DNA of 64,000 nucleotides from Haliotis rufescens (GCF_023055435.1 NW_025963791.1:37386001-37450000); one strand, 5' to 3'. Numbered from the stretch's first letter, positions 13,001 through 28,000 are shown. A program made the numbers and translations. The notes: a model not told the origin generated them from the sequence alone.

Positions 13001-16000
13001 GGCACATTTCATTTTTATTTCCATTTTAAAAAACAAACCAAACATTCTTAAATATTCCAAGTCCAATGGTAGTCAAAACTGTATTCCAGTATTTTACTCA
13101 TTAAGGAATATATTTATGTAGAGGAGCCCTTTCCCAGGTTGATTGTACACAACTCTTTATTTGGTTACATACTAGTTTGAACAAAATAATACTTAAAAAA
13201 AAAGACACCGCCCGCTCGCCCGCCCTCGCCCGCCCATCCACACTATATTTTCAAAAACCATTGCCTGAGAACCAATTCTTTTATTTTATTAAGCATTACT
13301 CTGGATCTCCATATTAACCTTGAGATGTACATAATTACTGTTGTAACTTGTTACACAAATTTATACAAATATTAATGTGATCATGGTATTGTTACTGCTA
13401 GTCAGTTTATGTTAACCACCTGTGTCATATTCCAGTTGGACTTTCATACACAGCAAGGGCAGGTAACTCTTTACATATGTCACTACACAATGGCCAAATC
13501 CACACAACAGGACTTCAATAACCCTTATAACAATATCATGTGTTACGTGGCAGTATACTTTGTGTTATTCCTGATGATAGTTAGGGGCAGCAAATCAAAC
13601 ACTCATAGACTGTCGTGTTTATAATCCATGCATGATCCCGGTGTTGACAGCTTTGCTGTTTTGTTTGTTTGTTTGTTGTTTAATGCCGTACTCAGCAAAA
13701 TCGCAGCTATATGATGGCGGTCTGGAAATAATCGAGTCTGGACAAGACAATCCAGTGATTGATATCATGAGCATTGATCTACACAACTGGGATATGATGA
13801 CAAGCATCAACCAAGTCAGCGAGCCTGACCACCCGATCCCGTTTGTCAACCTTACGACAAGCATAGTCGCTTTTTACAGCAAGCATGGGTTGCTGAAGAC
13901 CTATTCTACCCCAGATCTTCATGGGTTGCTCTGCTGTTAATAATTCATTGATTTTGTGTGGTCTATTACTGATTTGACAATTAAGTTCTGTATGTACTGA
14001 CTTCTGAGTTAACCTTGGTGTTTCAAGTTGGGAATCAACACGTAACTTATGCATATGTTGTAGACCTTCACACTTCGCTATAGAAGCAATGTGCACCTTA
14101 TATCAGTCTCAGTGCCAGAAACCAAACAATTACCATAGTCATTTGTAAAGACGGTCTGAGGCGGGGCCAGTCGACTGGCGCCATACTGGTTCTGTGCTGA
14201 TACTGACACACGGTAAAACTTGTTGGTCTCCAGGCCCCTCAGGTTGTAGGGACTCTGGACATTCTGGGGACGAAGGAGAAAACATATCAAAGATGGATGC
14301 TTGTCTGCTGCAAGATATTTAACTGTTGTTTAGGATAAGCATTTTTCAAATGTAAATGTACTAATCTCACTGTCCAATTGAAAGAAAGAAGGGAGTAGCT
14401 TGCAAACGTGTTCAGTGCTGTTCCAACTTGACACTTTTTTCTACAGATTTGTATCTATCACCCATCTTGAAATAGGTTATCACAAAAGTATAATTAATGG
14501 GGTTTATACACTTTTAATGACAATAATCCTGTATGGAGAAACATTCATCTACAGGNNNNNNNNNNNNNNNNNNNNNNNNNNNNNNNNNNNNNNNNNNNNN
14601 NNNNNNNNNNNNNNNNNNNNNNNNNNNNNNNNNNNNNNNNNNNNNNNNNNNNNNNNNNNNNNNNNNNNNNNNNNNNNNNNNNNNNNNNNNNNNNNNNNNN
14701 NNNNNNNNNNNNNNNNNNNNNNNNNNNNNNNNNNNNNNNNNNNNNNNAAGTCATTTTTACAGTGTTAGCCCACTGAGATATCATGCCGTAGTTAATCGTG
14801 GATACCCGACTCAGACACAGCTTACTGACTACATGACAACCAAACCTTGGTTTATCCACAGGCAGAGGAACAACAAGCACCATCTGAAGACTGAATCACT
14901 GATCTGTTTGCTGGGCAGAAGCACTATCCACTTGCCGGGCAGAAGCACTATCCACTTGCCAGGGAGCACTATCCACTTGCCGGACAGAAGCACTATCCAC
15001 TTGCCGGGCAGAAGCACTATCCACTTGCCGGGCAGAAGCACTATCCACTTGCCGGGCAGAAGCACTATCCACTTGCCGGACAGAAGCACTATCCACTTGC
15101 CGTGCAGAAGCACTATCCACTTGCCGGACAGAAGCACTATCCACTTGCCGGGCAGAAGCACTATCGACTTGCCGGGCAGAAGCTCTATCTACTTGCCGGG
15201 CAGAAGCTCTATCCACTTGCCGGGCAGAAGCTCTATCCACTTGCCGGGCAGAAGCACTATCTACTTGCCGGGCAGAAGCTCTATCCACTTGCCGGGCAGA
15301 AGCACTATCCACTTGCCCCAAAAGGCAGTCCGGATGGTTGTGTGAGTGAGTGTGAGTGTGTGAGTGAGTGGGTGGGTGTGTGGGGTGTGTGGGTGTGTGG
15401 GTGTGTGGGTGGGTGAATGAGTGAGTTGGGAAGTGGATAAGTGAGAGAGTGGGTTTGCAGGTGGATGTTTGGATGTAGGATGGGTAACTGAATGTTAGTG
15501 AGTGGGTGGGTGTGTGGGTGGGTGGGTAAATGAGTGAGTTGGGAAGTGGATAAGTGAGAGAGTGGGTTTGCAGGTGGATGTCTGGATGTAGGATGGGTAA
15601 CTGAATGAGTGTGTTCTGGAGGTGGTTCAGTGAGTTGGTTGCAAGGTGGATGGATGGGGAGTGTGTGGGTTTGCAGGCGGATGTTTGGGTGTAGGATGGG
15701 TAACTGAACGCGTGTGTTCAGGAGGTGGGTCAGTGAGTGGGTTTGCAGGTGGATGGGTGGGGAGTGGGTTTGCAGGTGGATGTCTGGATGTAGGATGGGT
15801 AACTGAATGAGTGTGTTCTGGAGGTGGGTCAGTGAGTTGGTTGCAAGGTGGATGGGTGGGGAGTGTGTGGGTTTGCAGGCGGATGTTTGGATGTAGGATG
15901 GGAAACTGAATGAGTGTGTTCTGGAGGTGAGTCAGTGAGTGGGTTTGCAGGTGGATGGGTGGGGAGTGTGTGGGTTTGGAGGTGAGTCAGTGAGTGGGTT

Positions 16001-19000
16001 TGCAGGTGGATGGGTGGGGAGTGTGTGGGTTTGGAGGTGGGTCAGTGAGTGGGTTTGCAGGTGGATGGGTGGGGAGTGTGTGGGTGTGTCAAACGGAGAG
16101 GATAATTAATGAGATGGTCAGTTTGAGGGGAGTTACATGTATGACAGCGACACCAACCTCTTTGCTTGTGGATCCCGGCCCACCCCACCTGTAGGGATCA
16201 CCTTCCCAGTAATGGACGCTGTAGCGGCAGCTGTTGTTGGCACAGTTCTGCGCTGCAGGCTTCCACGTTATCTTTATCACTCCACTAGAAACAAGCTCAG
16301 CAGTCATGTTTTGTGGTTCCGATGGCACCACCCCTGCAAAGTTTGTGTATGTAAATGTTAAAGTTCATAAAATAATAAAATAGTGACAGAAAGTTGAACA
16401 GAGTTTTTATGGAAAATCAGGGGAGATATTTAAACTTTACACTGATCCTAGGGAGTGAAGACTATGGGTACGATCAACGATACATCCATGGAATCAAGGT
16501 GACAGAACTCTCACAAGGGACGGAGAGGTGAGGTGAAATTGGGTTTAACATCGCGTCCAAGATTATTGCACTTATATAGCGACGTGCATGTACGTGTATG
16601 TGTTTGTGTGGCTGCTTGTACTAGTCCGGACTGATGCCAATTTATAGTGCTAGCTCAGTGAGATACCATGCCGCAGTTTAACATGAATACCCCACTCAGA
16701 CACAGTATACTGACTCCGAGCCGACCACTCCTTGTTTTAGCCCCTTAATGCCGAGCGCCAGACAGGGTAACAACAAGTACCATCTTTTAACGTCTTTTGG
16801 TATGACGCGGCCGGGGATTGAACCCTGGACCTTCCGCTTTCCGGGCGGACGCTCTACCACTAGACCACGGAGGCAGTCTCTCACGATGGGACGATGAAAC
16901 CACGAGAACCGTAGAGACATTAGACCACTGGGCCACCTGCAACCCCCTGATGAGATGTTACAAAGAATTTCAATTCTCAATTTGCACAATCAAGCCCATG
17001 ATGGTACATTTCTTACTTGCTCCATCCAAGGTACAGCCTGTAATGTGGTTTGTCCAAGCAATGCATGCAGCAGTCACAAAGTTCTTCCCGGTGATATGAC
17101 CTTGACAGAAGGACAGACAACTTGATGGAACCCCAATCTGTTGACAACATGGCCGATGATCCCTGCCATCTGGAACCGACATGTGGATGAGTGAAAACAC
17201 TACTGAATTGAATGAAAATAAAATATAAACTCAAAACCTTTGTCATAAGATACAAAATGAGCATGAAAGGGCCTGGGATAGGTAACTCGGGAACTCGGGT
17301 CAGATGGGTCCTGGGTCGGACCTGTGTACCCACCAGACTACCCGGACTCGTGCTTAGAGACGTGATATATTGTTTAATGACAATAAAAAATATAACTCCA
17401 TGGTTACATTAAACTTATTACATGTCTGATGCACAAGAAATCAGAACATATGTGAGGCACATACAATCACTACATACCTGAGGCACATGCAAGTATGATG
17501 GCGATGTCGTCGAAACACATTTCATACGTGTCATTGGCCTGGCCTGTACATAGAGCAGTGCAAGACGACGATATGTTGTTCCTAAAACAACACTCTGAAA
17601 AATAAATATCCACTAGATTATTACTTAATGGTTCTTTTAACACATACATGCCCCAAGATCATTGCTTGATGGTAACACATACATGCCCCAAGATCATTGC
17701 TTGATGGTAACACATACATGCCTCAAGATTATTGCTTGATGGTAACACACACAGGCCTCAAGATTATTGCTTGATGGTAACACACACATGCCTCAAGAGT
17801 TTTGCTTGATGGTAACACACACATGCCTCAAGAGTTTTGCTTGATGGTAACACACACTTGCCTCAAGATTATTGCTTGATGGTAACACACACATGCCTCA
17901 AGATAATTGCTTAATGGTAACACACACAGGCCTCAAGATTATTGCTTGATGGTAACACACACATGCCTCAAGATTATTGCTTGATGGTAACACACACATG
18001 CCTCAAGATTATTGCTTGATGGTAACACACACAGGCCTCAAGATTATTGCTTGATGGTAACACACACATGCCTCAAGATTATTGCTTGATGGTAACACAT
18101 ACATGCCTCAAGATTATTGCTTGATGGTAACACACACAGGCCTCAAGATTATTGCTTGATGGTAACACACACAGGCCTCAAGAGTTTTGCTTGATGGTAA
18201 CACACACATGCCTCAAGAGTTTTGCTTGATGGTAACACACACATGCCTCAAGATTATTGCTTGATGGTAACACACACATGCCTCAAGATTATTGCTTGAT
18301 GGTAACACACACATGCCTCAAGATCATTGCTTGATGGTAACACACATACATGCCTCAAGATTATTGCTTGATGGTAACACACACAGGCCTCAAGATTATT
18401 GCTTGATGGTAACACACACAGGCCTCAAGATTATTGCTTGATGGTAACACACACATGCCTCAAGAGTTTTGCTTGATGGTAACACACACATGCCGCAAGA
18501 TTATTGCTTGATGGTAACACACACAGGCCTCAAGATTATTGCTTGATGGTAACAGACACATGCCTCAAGATCATTGCTTGATGGTAACAGACACAGGCCT
18601 CAAGAGTTTTGCTTGATGGTAACACACACATGCCTCAATATTCCAGCTATATATTGGCAGCCTGAAAATAATAAAGTCTGAACCAAACTGATTGGTATTA
18701 AGAGCAGTGATCCACCCTGTCAGGGTACTATCAAACTATCAACTAGTAGGATAAGCATTGGTTACTGGGGACCACGGTTCTATATTGGAATCCCCTCTAG
18801 GGTGCATTGCTAGAGACTTGTGTTACTGGGGACCAGGTTCTATACTGGAATCCCCTCTAGGGTGCATTGCTAGAGACTTGTGTTACTGGGGACCAGGTTC
18901 TATACTGGAATCCCCTCTAGGGTGCATTGCTAGAGACTTGTGTTACTGGGGACCAGGTTCTATACTGGAATCCCCTCTAGGGTGCATTGCTAGAGACTTG

Positions 19001-22000
19001 TGTTACTGGGGACCAGGTTCTGTACTGGAATCCCCTCTAGGGTGCATTGCTAGAGACTTGTGTTACTGGGGACCAGGTTCTGTACTGGAATCCCCTCTAG
19101 GGTGCATTGCTAGAGACTTGTGTTACTGGGGACCAGGTTCTGTACTGGAATCCCCTCTAGGGTGCATTGCTAGAGACTTGTGTTACTGGGGACCAGGTTC
19201 TATACTGGAATCCCCTCTAGGGTGCATTGCTAGAGACTTGTGTTACTGGGGACCAGGTTCTATACTGGAATCCCCTCTAGGGTGCATTGCTAGAGACTTG
19301 TGTTACTGGGGACCAGGTTCTATACTGGAATCCCCTCTAGGGTGCATTGCTAGAGACTTGTGTTACTGGGGACCAGGTTCTGTACTGGAATCCCCTCTAG
19401 GGTGCATTGCTAGAGACTTGTGTTACTGGGGACCAGGTTCTATACTGGAATCCCCTCTAGGGTGCATTGCTAGAGACTTGTGTTGGCTCACTTGTCTCTA
19501 CACTTTTGATGACTGAGATTTGGGATTTTGACGCATTTAGAATGAACATGTTACCTGATTTATCCGCCCAGATGACTCTTCCGTCAACAACAGTACCATT
19601 GATGACCAGGGGAGGAAGCACTGCTGCAAAACAAACAGGCTGGGATTACTTGCATGTTCAGACACAACTACACCAACATCTTCTTCCACACAATATAACA
19701 TGGGCTATAACTGCTGACAAAGTCATAAAGCAGGATGCCATAAATAATATGAAACAGCACCTGTAGTAACCAGTTCTATACCTAAGAGCGAATCAAAACA
19801 CCAGAGTGATTTGTTTGTCTGCTTGTTGTTTAACGCTCCAATCATCAATAGTCAAACTGTAACAGCAGAGTGTAAATTTTCAAGTGAACAAAGATCACAT
19901 CATTGGGGTTTGACGCAATCAACCACTCTCCGAGCCAGACCACTCTCCGAGCCTGACCACTCTCCGAGCCTGACCACTCACGAGCCTGACCACTCACCAA
20001 GTCTGACTACCCAAACCATTTGGTCACCTCTTATGACAAAGATATGTTGCTGTGGAGCAAGTCAAGCCCGGAATCTCCACGGGGACACATTTTGTGGTGC
20101 TGAATTCGAAAGGTAGGCTGACCTAGGATCATAGTCAGGTGAAATCCATGAGCATGAATATGAATCTGGGCAATTCCAGAATCAAACTCTGCACCGCAAA
20201 TTGCAGTGGCTTAGACCATTTGCCCATTTAGAGATCAAGTCTGAGTCAGGCAAACCAGTGCTGGACTGTATGAACAAAGATCCACGTCTTGGACCAATCA
20301 GCCACATCACACACTCTACCCACCTAAATCACATCAGTCAGGTCAAAGAAGGAGGTGCAATCCCTGCTCTCAAGACTATTTTACTATCTAAATTTGGCTC
20401 CCTGGACCTTCTCACTGGAATCATCAAGGGCGGGTCCAGATGAGGATGCCCCCTTTGTTTTCAGACACCTTACGGTAGTATTCCCTCTGCAGTCAAACAC
20501 CATTGTGTTGAACTTTGATGGGTCAAACTTACGGTTGACTTGAAGTAATAGCTTAGTTCCTGTGTTTTCCTTACCTCCAGTGTCGGTGTACACGCTGACC
20601 CTGTTGCTGGGGGGGCTGGTGCCGTTGTCATTTACGGAGATAATCTCAATTGTGTACATGGTGCCAGGGTCGAGGTTTTGCAGGATATATGAAGTGGATG
20701 TAACATTTTCCTGAAAGGGAAAGTTTTTACTTTATGTCACATGGAAAGAGCAACACACAATGACCTCTACGATTTGCTTTAAAGAGATGTGTCAACCTTG
20801 AACAAAAACATGGAGACACTTCCATGAGCTGAGTTACCCCCGAACACTAACACAGAGACACTTCCATGAGCTGAGTTACCCCCGAACACTAACACAGAGA
20901 CACTTCCATGAGCTGAGTTACCCCCGAACACTAACACAGAGACACTTCCATAAGCTGAGTTAACCCCAAACACTAACACAGAGACACTTCCATGAGCCGA
21001 GTTAACCCCAAACACTAACACGGAGACACTTCCATGAGCTGAGTTTACCTTGAACACTAACTCGAGGACACTCCCATGAGCTGAGTTAACCTTAAACACT
21101 AACACAGAGACACTTACATGAGCTGAGTTAACCTTGAACACTAACTCGAAGACACTCCCATGAGCTGAGTTAACCTTAAACACTAACTTGGAGACACTTA
21201 CATGAGCTGAGTTAACCTTGAACACTAACTCGGAGACACTTCCATGAGCTGAGTTAACCCCAAAACACTAACTTGGAGACACTTCCATAAGCTGAGTTTA
21301 CCTTGAACACTAACAAGGAGACACTTCCATGAGCTGAGTTAACCTTGAACACTAACTCGGAGAAACTTCCATGAGCTGAGTTAACCTTGAACACTAACTT
21401 GGAGACACTTCCATGAGCTGAGTTAACCCCAAAACACTAACACGGAGACACTTCCATAAGCTGAGTTTACCTTGAACACTAACATGGAGACACTTCCATG
21501 AGCCGAGTTACCCCCAAACACTAACACGGAGACACTTCCATGAGCCGAGTTACCCCCAAACACTAACACGGAGACACTTCCATGAGCTGAGTTAACCCCA
21601 AACACTAACTCGGAGACACTTACATGAGCTGAGTTAACCCCAAACACTAACACAGAGACACTTACATGAGCTGAGTTAACCTTGAACACTAACTCGGAGA
21701 CACTTCCATGAGCTGAGTTAACCCTGAACACTTACCCTGGTCCAAGTGAGGAGGTCTGGTGTGTAGGCAACGGTGTAGTAGTCCACACTGGGTCCAGTTT
21801 GCGCCCTCTCCCAAGCCACAATCACCGTGTTTTTGGTTTTGTTGACAACTTCCACCTTGACGGGATGCTTGGGTAGGTACACTGCAACATCAGGAATCAG
21901 ATGGCACAGTCAACCAGGACAAAACAAGGCCAGTTTGTCTTTCTGCACATCAAATAGTGTCTAATGATTGAAATTAGGCTGCCATCCTATAGCTAAAATA

Positions 22001-25000
22001 TTGCTGAGCGTTAAGCAACAAAACAATTCATTAGTCTAAACACAAACAAATCCACGGGTAGATCAGGGTTTCTAGAGTCCATGATGCATTGTCTGACTGT
22101 TCATCAGCCATTAAGGACGTCTGTCCCCAATGACTCCTGTATCTTACTTCAAGCAAAGCCAGGCTCCTGGGTCCGTTCTCAAGGCCAGATTGGCAGAACA
22201 ATGCCCTGCATGCACATGTTATGTGTTGGCATATTGTAAGCTTAAAGAGGTTATTTGAAATTGGGTTTGAGGTTGCGTCCAAGATTATTGCACTTATATA
22301 CGACATGCGTGTGTGTGTCCGTGGCTGCTTGTACTACTCTGGACTGATGCCGATTTATCTCACTGAGATACCCCACTCAGACACAGTATACTGACTTCGA
22401 GCCGACCAGTCCTTGTTTTAGCCCCTTAATGCCAAGTGCCAGACAGGGTAACAAGTATACCATCTTTTAATGTCTTTTGGGATGACGTGGCCAGGGATCG
22501 AACCCTGGACATTCCGCTCTCCGGGGTATGCTCTACCACTAGACCACGGAGGCGGTCGTAAGCAAATTGTTAGATGCAAATAACATGGGAAGTGTTATGT
22601 TCTCAGGGTATGTTATTTGAAGTTGTTTTTGTTGTTGAGAGCAGCAATATTCCAGATACATTATGAAGTTAGTTTTGAATTTTTAACCTTTTTCTTGTTT
22701 TTTTGTTTGAAGTTATTTGAGATATTTGATAAAGCTAAAATTAGTGTCAGGGTCACTGCCAAAAATGAGGCCCCATTTCCTTTCTGATTAAGCAGCTACT
22801 CACACACTCCCTCTGTGTAACACTGGATGATGAGGTCCATCTGGGCGAGACACGTCACGTGGCTGAAGTCCAGTGGGGGTGAGGAGTCTGTGTAGTTACA
22901 GAACATGTGACACACGTCACTCACATAACGCTGCTTACAACAGTTCACATGATCCCGACCATCTGGAGCAGACAAAGACAAACTTCATAAACAGTCCTTA
23001 AACAAGACGTAAGCCTTTGTGAAAAAGGCTGAAAAATACTAACAGCTCTGTAGCTCACTTAAACTTTGGCATCAGTAATGAGTGAGTGAGTTTGGTTTTA
23101 CGCCGCTTTTAGCAATATTCCAGCAATATCACGGCGGGGGACACCAGAAATGGGCTTCACACATTGTACCTCTATCGGGATCCGAACCCGGGTCTTCGGC
23201 GTGACGAATGAACGCTTTCACCACTAGGCTACCCGACCGCCCCTTGGCATCAGTAAGAATAAACAGTTCGCCATTCATGTCGCTATTGCTTTGGTCAAGC
23301 ATACAAAGTTATAGACTCAATTGTTTCAAAGGAGGTATATCTGTAATAACGGGTAGGTTGATTGGTTCAGTGGCAATAAGAAGTGTGTGAGTGAGTGAGT
23401 TTTGCACTGCTTTTAGCTATATTCCAGCTACATCACAGCGATTTTCACCAAGAATTAGCTTCAGATGTGTTGTTGAATAGAACCCAGATCTTTGGCATAG
23501 TGAGCCTACCCCATCACTCCTGACAATCAAGTGTTATATCAAGGATGAAACAACAAGGATATAACAGGGATGAAACAACAAGGATATAACAACAAGGATG
23601 TATCAAGGACTAAACAAGGATATAACAAGGATGAAACAACAAGGATATAACAAGGATTAAGCAACAGTAACAATAATTGAGGGAGGTGCAATCGTGTGTG
23701 TGTGTGTGTCTGTCTGCTTGTACTAGTTCGGACTAATGCCAAGTTTATAGTGCTAGCCCAAAGCGATATCAGGCCACGTTTTGACACGAATACCCTGCTC
23801 AGACACAGCATACTGACTCCGAGCTGACCAGTCCTTGTTCTATCCCCTTAATGTCTAGTGCCAGGCAGGGCAACAACAAGTCACATCTTTTGAAGTGTTT
23901 TGGTATGACGCAGCCGGGGATCGAACCCCTGACCTTCAGCACTATAGGCAGACGCTCTACCACAAGACCACAGACGATCAGCTTTCCCAGTTAATTCAGT
24001 TTTTACACACAAAACACACAAATATGTATTTGGCAATTGTCAGGCTGTTTAAGTCACCAGCAGCAATCCGTGCTGCCCAAGTATAATGACACACAATCTG
24101 CTGAGTCACACTTATAAACCTCTAGTTACTTCATCCTATTGTTCTACCCTGCCTTCATAGCCTCTCAGCAGTGATTATCTCCAGAAAGTCTCTCTGTCCC
24201 GGGGGTGTTCTATAGTAAGTCTCTCTGTCCTGGGGATGTTCTATAGTAAGTCCCTCTGTCCTGGGGATGTTCTATAGTAAGTCTCTCTGTCCTGGGGATG
24301 TTCTATAGTAAGTCCCTCTGTCCCAGGGATGTTCTATACTAAGTCCCTCTGTCCTGGGGATGTTCTATAGTAAGTCTCTCTGTCCTGGGGATGTTCTACA
24401 GTAAGTCCCTCTGTCCGGGGGATGTTCTACAGTAAGTCCCTCTGTCCGGGGGATGTCCTATAGTAAGTCTCTCTGTCCTGGGGATGTCCTATAGTAAGTC
24501 CCTCTGTCCTGGGGATGTTCTATAGTAAGTCTCTCTGTCCTGGGGATGTCCTATAGTAAGTCCCTCTGTCCGGGGGATGTCCTATAGTAAGTCCCTCTGT
24601 CCTGGGGATGTTCTACAGTAAGTCCCTCTGTCCAGGGGATGTTCTACAGAAAGTCTCTCTGTCCTGGGGATGTTCTATAGAAAGTCACTCTGTCCTGGGG
24701 ATATTCTATAGTAAGTCTCTCTGTCCCGGGGATGTTCTATAGTAAGTCCCTCTGTCCGGGGGATGTTCTATAGTAAGTCTCTCTGTCCTGGGGATCTTCT
24801 ATAGTAAGTCTCTCTGTCCCGGGGGTGTTCTATAGTAAGTCACTCTGTCCTGGGGATGTTCTATAGTAAGTCTCTCTGTCCTGGGGATGTTCTATAGTAA
24901 GTCTCTCTGTCCCGGGGGTGTTCTATAGTAAGTCTCTCTGTCCTGGGGATGTTCTATAGTAAGTCCCTCTGTCCTGGGGATGTTCTATAGTAAGTCTCTC

Positions 25001-28000
25001 TGTCCCGGGGATGTTCTACAGAAAGTCCCTCTGTCCTGGGGATGTTCTACAGTAAGTCCCTCTGTCCTGGGGATGTTCTATAGTAAGTCTCTCTGTCCTG
25101 GGGATGTTCTATAGTAAGTCTCTCTGTCCTGGGGATGTTCTACAGTAAGTCTCTCTGTCCCGGGGATGTTCTACAGAAAGTCCCTCTGTCCTGGGGATCA
25201 TCTAAAGAATTTCCTTTGCTAGAGGTCTATTTTACACTTGATCACAATCGAAATGGGGAAATGTGAAATCAAATGACAAATGTCTCCCCTAAATATTTCA
25301 GTGGATTGACCTTCCACTGATAAACCAATGTGTGAAGGCAGCTGTGATGTTGCTAGAATAAGTCCCCAGAAGTAAAGGTAGTGAGATGAAATGGGGTTTA
25401 ACGTCGCGTCCAAGATTATTGCACTTATATAGCGACGTGCATGAACATGTATGTGTGTGTGTGGCTGCTTGTACTAGTCCAGACTGATGCCGATTTATAG
25501 TGCTAGTACACTGAGATACCATGCCACAGTTTAACATGAATACCCCACTCAGACACAGTATACTGACTCCGAGCCGACCAGTCCTTGTTTTAGCCCCTTA
25601 ATGCCAAGCGCCAGACAGGGTAAAAACTTTTAACGTCTTTTGGTACGATGCGGTAGGGATCGAACCCCTGACCTTCCGCTCTCCGGGCGGACGCTCTACC
25701 ATTAGACCACGGAGGAGATCCCAGTAGTAAAAGATGGTTTTGAAGAAGAGGACTAAAATTGACACCGAGGTGTTAACTGTGGACGTAAACCTGGGGAAGC
25801 AGGAAATGGGGCATGCCTTCAGCCCTCCCCAATTTCTCTCTTCTCCAGGCTTACATTCTCAGTCAAGACCTCGGTGTCAACCTTAGTCCTCTTCTTCATA
25901 ACCATCCTTTACTACTGGGGACTTGTTCTAGCAACATCACAGCGGCCTTCACACATTGTACCCATGTTGGGAATCAAACCCAAGCATGGGTGTGTTTAAC
26001 CACAATGTTACGCCATCACCCCTGCTATCCTGGAATTCCAATGCATAGTTTCTTAGGCACCACACACGTCTTGTTGATGAGGAGGACAAATTATTCCACC
26101 AGAAGCATACAGTAAACGACAAAATGTGAATCTCCACATTTTGTGAATAAAATGTTTCGAACCTGTTTTCCAACAGGAAACTAAATGTCAAGAGTTGATT
26201 ACAAAATGTTTGGTATTGCAACTTCAGCGTATTGTAGCATCTACCCACAGAACCCTGTAGGTACTAAACCTACCTGAGGCACAGGTAAGAATGGACTTCA
26301 GCGTATTGTAGCATCTACCCACAGAACCCTGTAAGTACTTAACCTACCTGAGGCACAGGTAAGAATGGACTTCAGCGTATTGTAGCATCTACCCCCAGAA
26401 CCCTGTAAGTACTTGACCTACCTGAGGCACAGGTAAGAATGGACTTCAGCATATTGTAGCATCTACCCCCAGAACCCTGCAGGTACTTAACCTACCTGAG
26501 GCACAGGTAAGAATGGACTTCAGAGACCCAACACATGCGATCGATTTGTCTATCTGCCCATAGAAGTCAAGGATAGATCTTGTGTCGTAGGTACAAGCAG
26601 GCTGGCAGCTGGACTGGACGTTGTTGTCGATGCAGCAGGCTGACATGATGAAAGTTCACGTTGTTTAAAGATATAATTCAAGGAATTTATTACAATGTGA
26701 TCATATCACTAGGAGTACATTTCTGAAAAGATATTGGATGTGGCCCACATGTCAGGTGAACAAGTTTTATATCGCTTATAGCAACAAAAAGTTTCAAATT
26801 GTCTTCCTAACAACAAAAAATTTACATATTCTGTTTTTTTAATCATTAACAGTAAATCAGGTCCTATCTTTTAATCATGACCATTTTATTAGACTGCTCA
26901 TATTATTTAATCCTAAACAGTTTCATACGATTTTCTTCTTCTAACCTTTACACAATTCATAATAACTGACTGTAAAAATGCATTGAATTTTCATATTTTC
27001 ATGATTTCTTCCAAAATTACAATGACAGGTTTAAATTTTGTGGAAGTTTGATTGGATGATTGAATGTTAAATAATTGATATTGTTACCAGAAAAATTGTG
27101 TATTGTTGCTACACTTGTATCAGGTGGCGGGATAACTGAAAGAAAAACACAAAGTGAGTGAGAGCATGACCTCCTTACGGACACATTAATTAATAGTTTA
27201 ATACATGATAATTTTCTGAAAGAAAACAGGCAGGGCTAAGAAGTGTGAAAACAATTCAGCAGGCTAAAGGTTAAATAGTTTTTGTTCGTATTAATCACTA
27301 ACTCATGTTTACAAAAAATGTATAAACGTAAGTACAAAAAGAGGCCTGAGGATAGCTGGAGATATGTCTACATACTGGTACAAGACACATGTTTCCTGAT
27401 CTTACCTGAGTAAGTGAAGAAAACAACAGTCTCTGATGGGAGACTGCTGTCAGTTTCGCCAACAGCGATGACACGGGCCGCATATTCTGTGTTTGCCTTA
27501 AGGTTGGTCAATTTCACCACCATCTGCATGACCTCCTCCTGGAAAGTGAGTGAGTGAGTGAGTGAGTGAGTAAGGAGCTTTTATGCCACTTCGAGCAATA
27601 TTCCAGCAAACTCATCGCATAGGACTCCAGAAATGGGCTTCACACATTGTACCCATGTTGGGAATCGTACCCGCGTCTTTGGCGTGATGAGTGAACACTT
27701 TAACCACTAGGCTACCCCACTTCCTTCCCTCCTCTGCGAAGACATCATGGTCAATGGGCTTCACACATTGTACCCATGTTGGGAATCGTCCCCGGGTCTT
27801 TGGCATGATGAGTGAACACTTTAACCACTAGGCTACCCCACTTCCCTCCCTCCTCTCTGTGGAGACATCATGGTCAATACAGACCCATCTCTGTCTTACA
27901 GATAATGAAACAATGGGCTTCGTACCCGGGTCTTTGGCATGATGAGTGAACACTTTAACCACTAGGCTACCCCACTTCCCTCCCTCCTCTCTGTGGAGAC

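Noticed and set aside
14400-14883. ORFs spanning X runs
   Set aside because: Artefacts of the N gap.
18758-19516. 252-aa repeat ORF, and regular arrays superficially like CRISPR
   Set aside because: Pure head-to-tail 60-bp repeats with no unique spacers, no cas genes, eukaryotic intron context.
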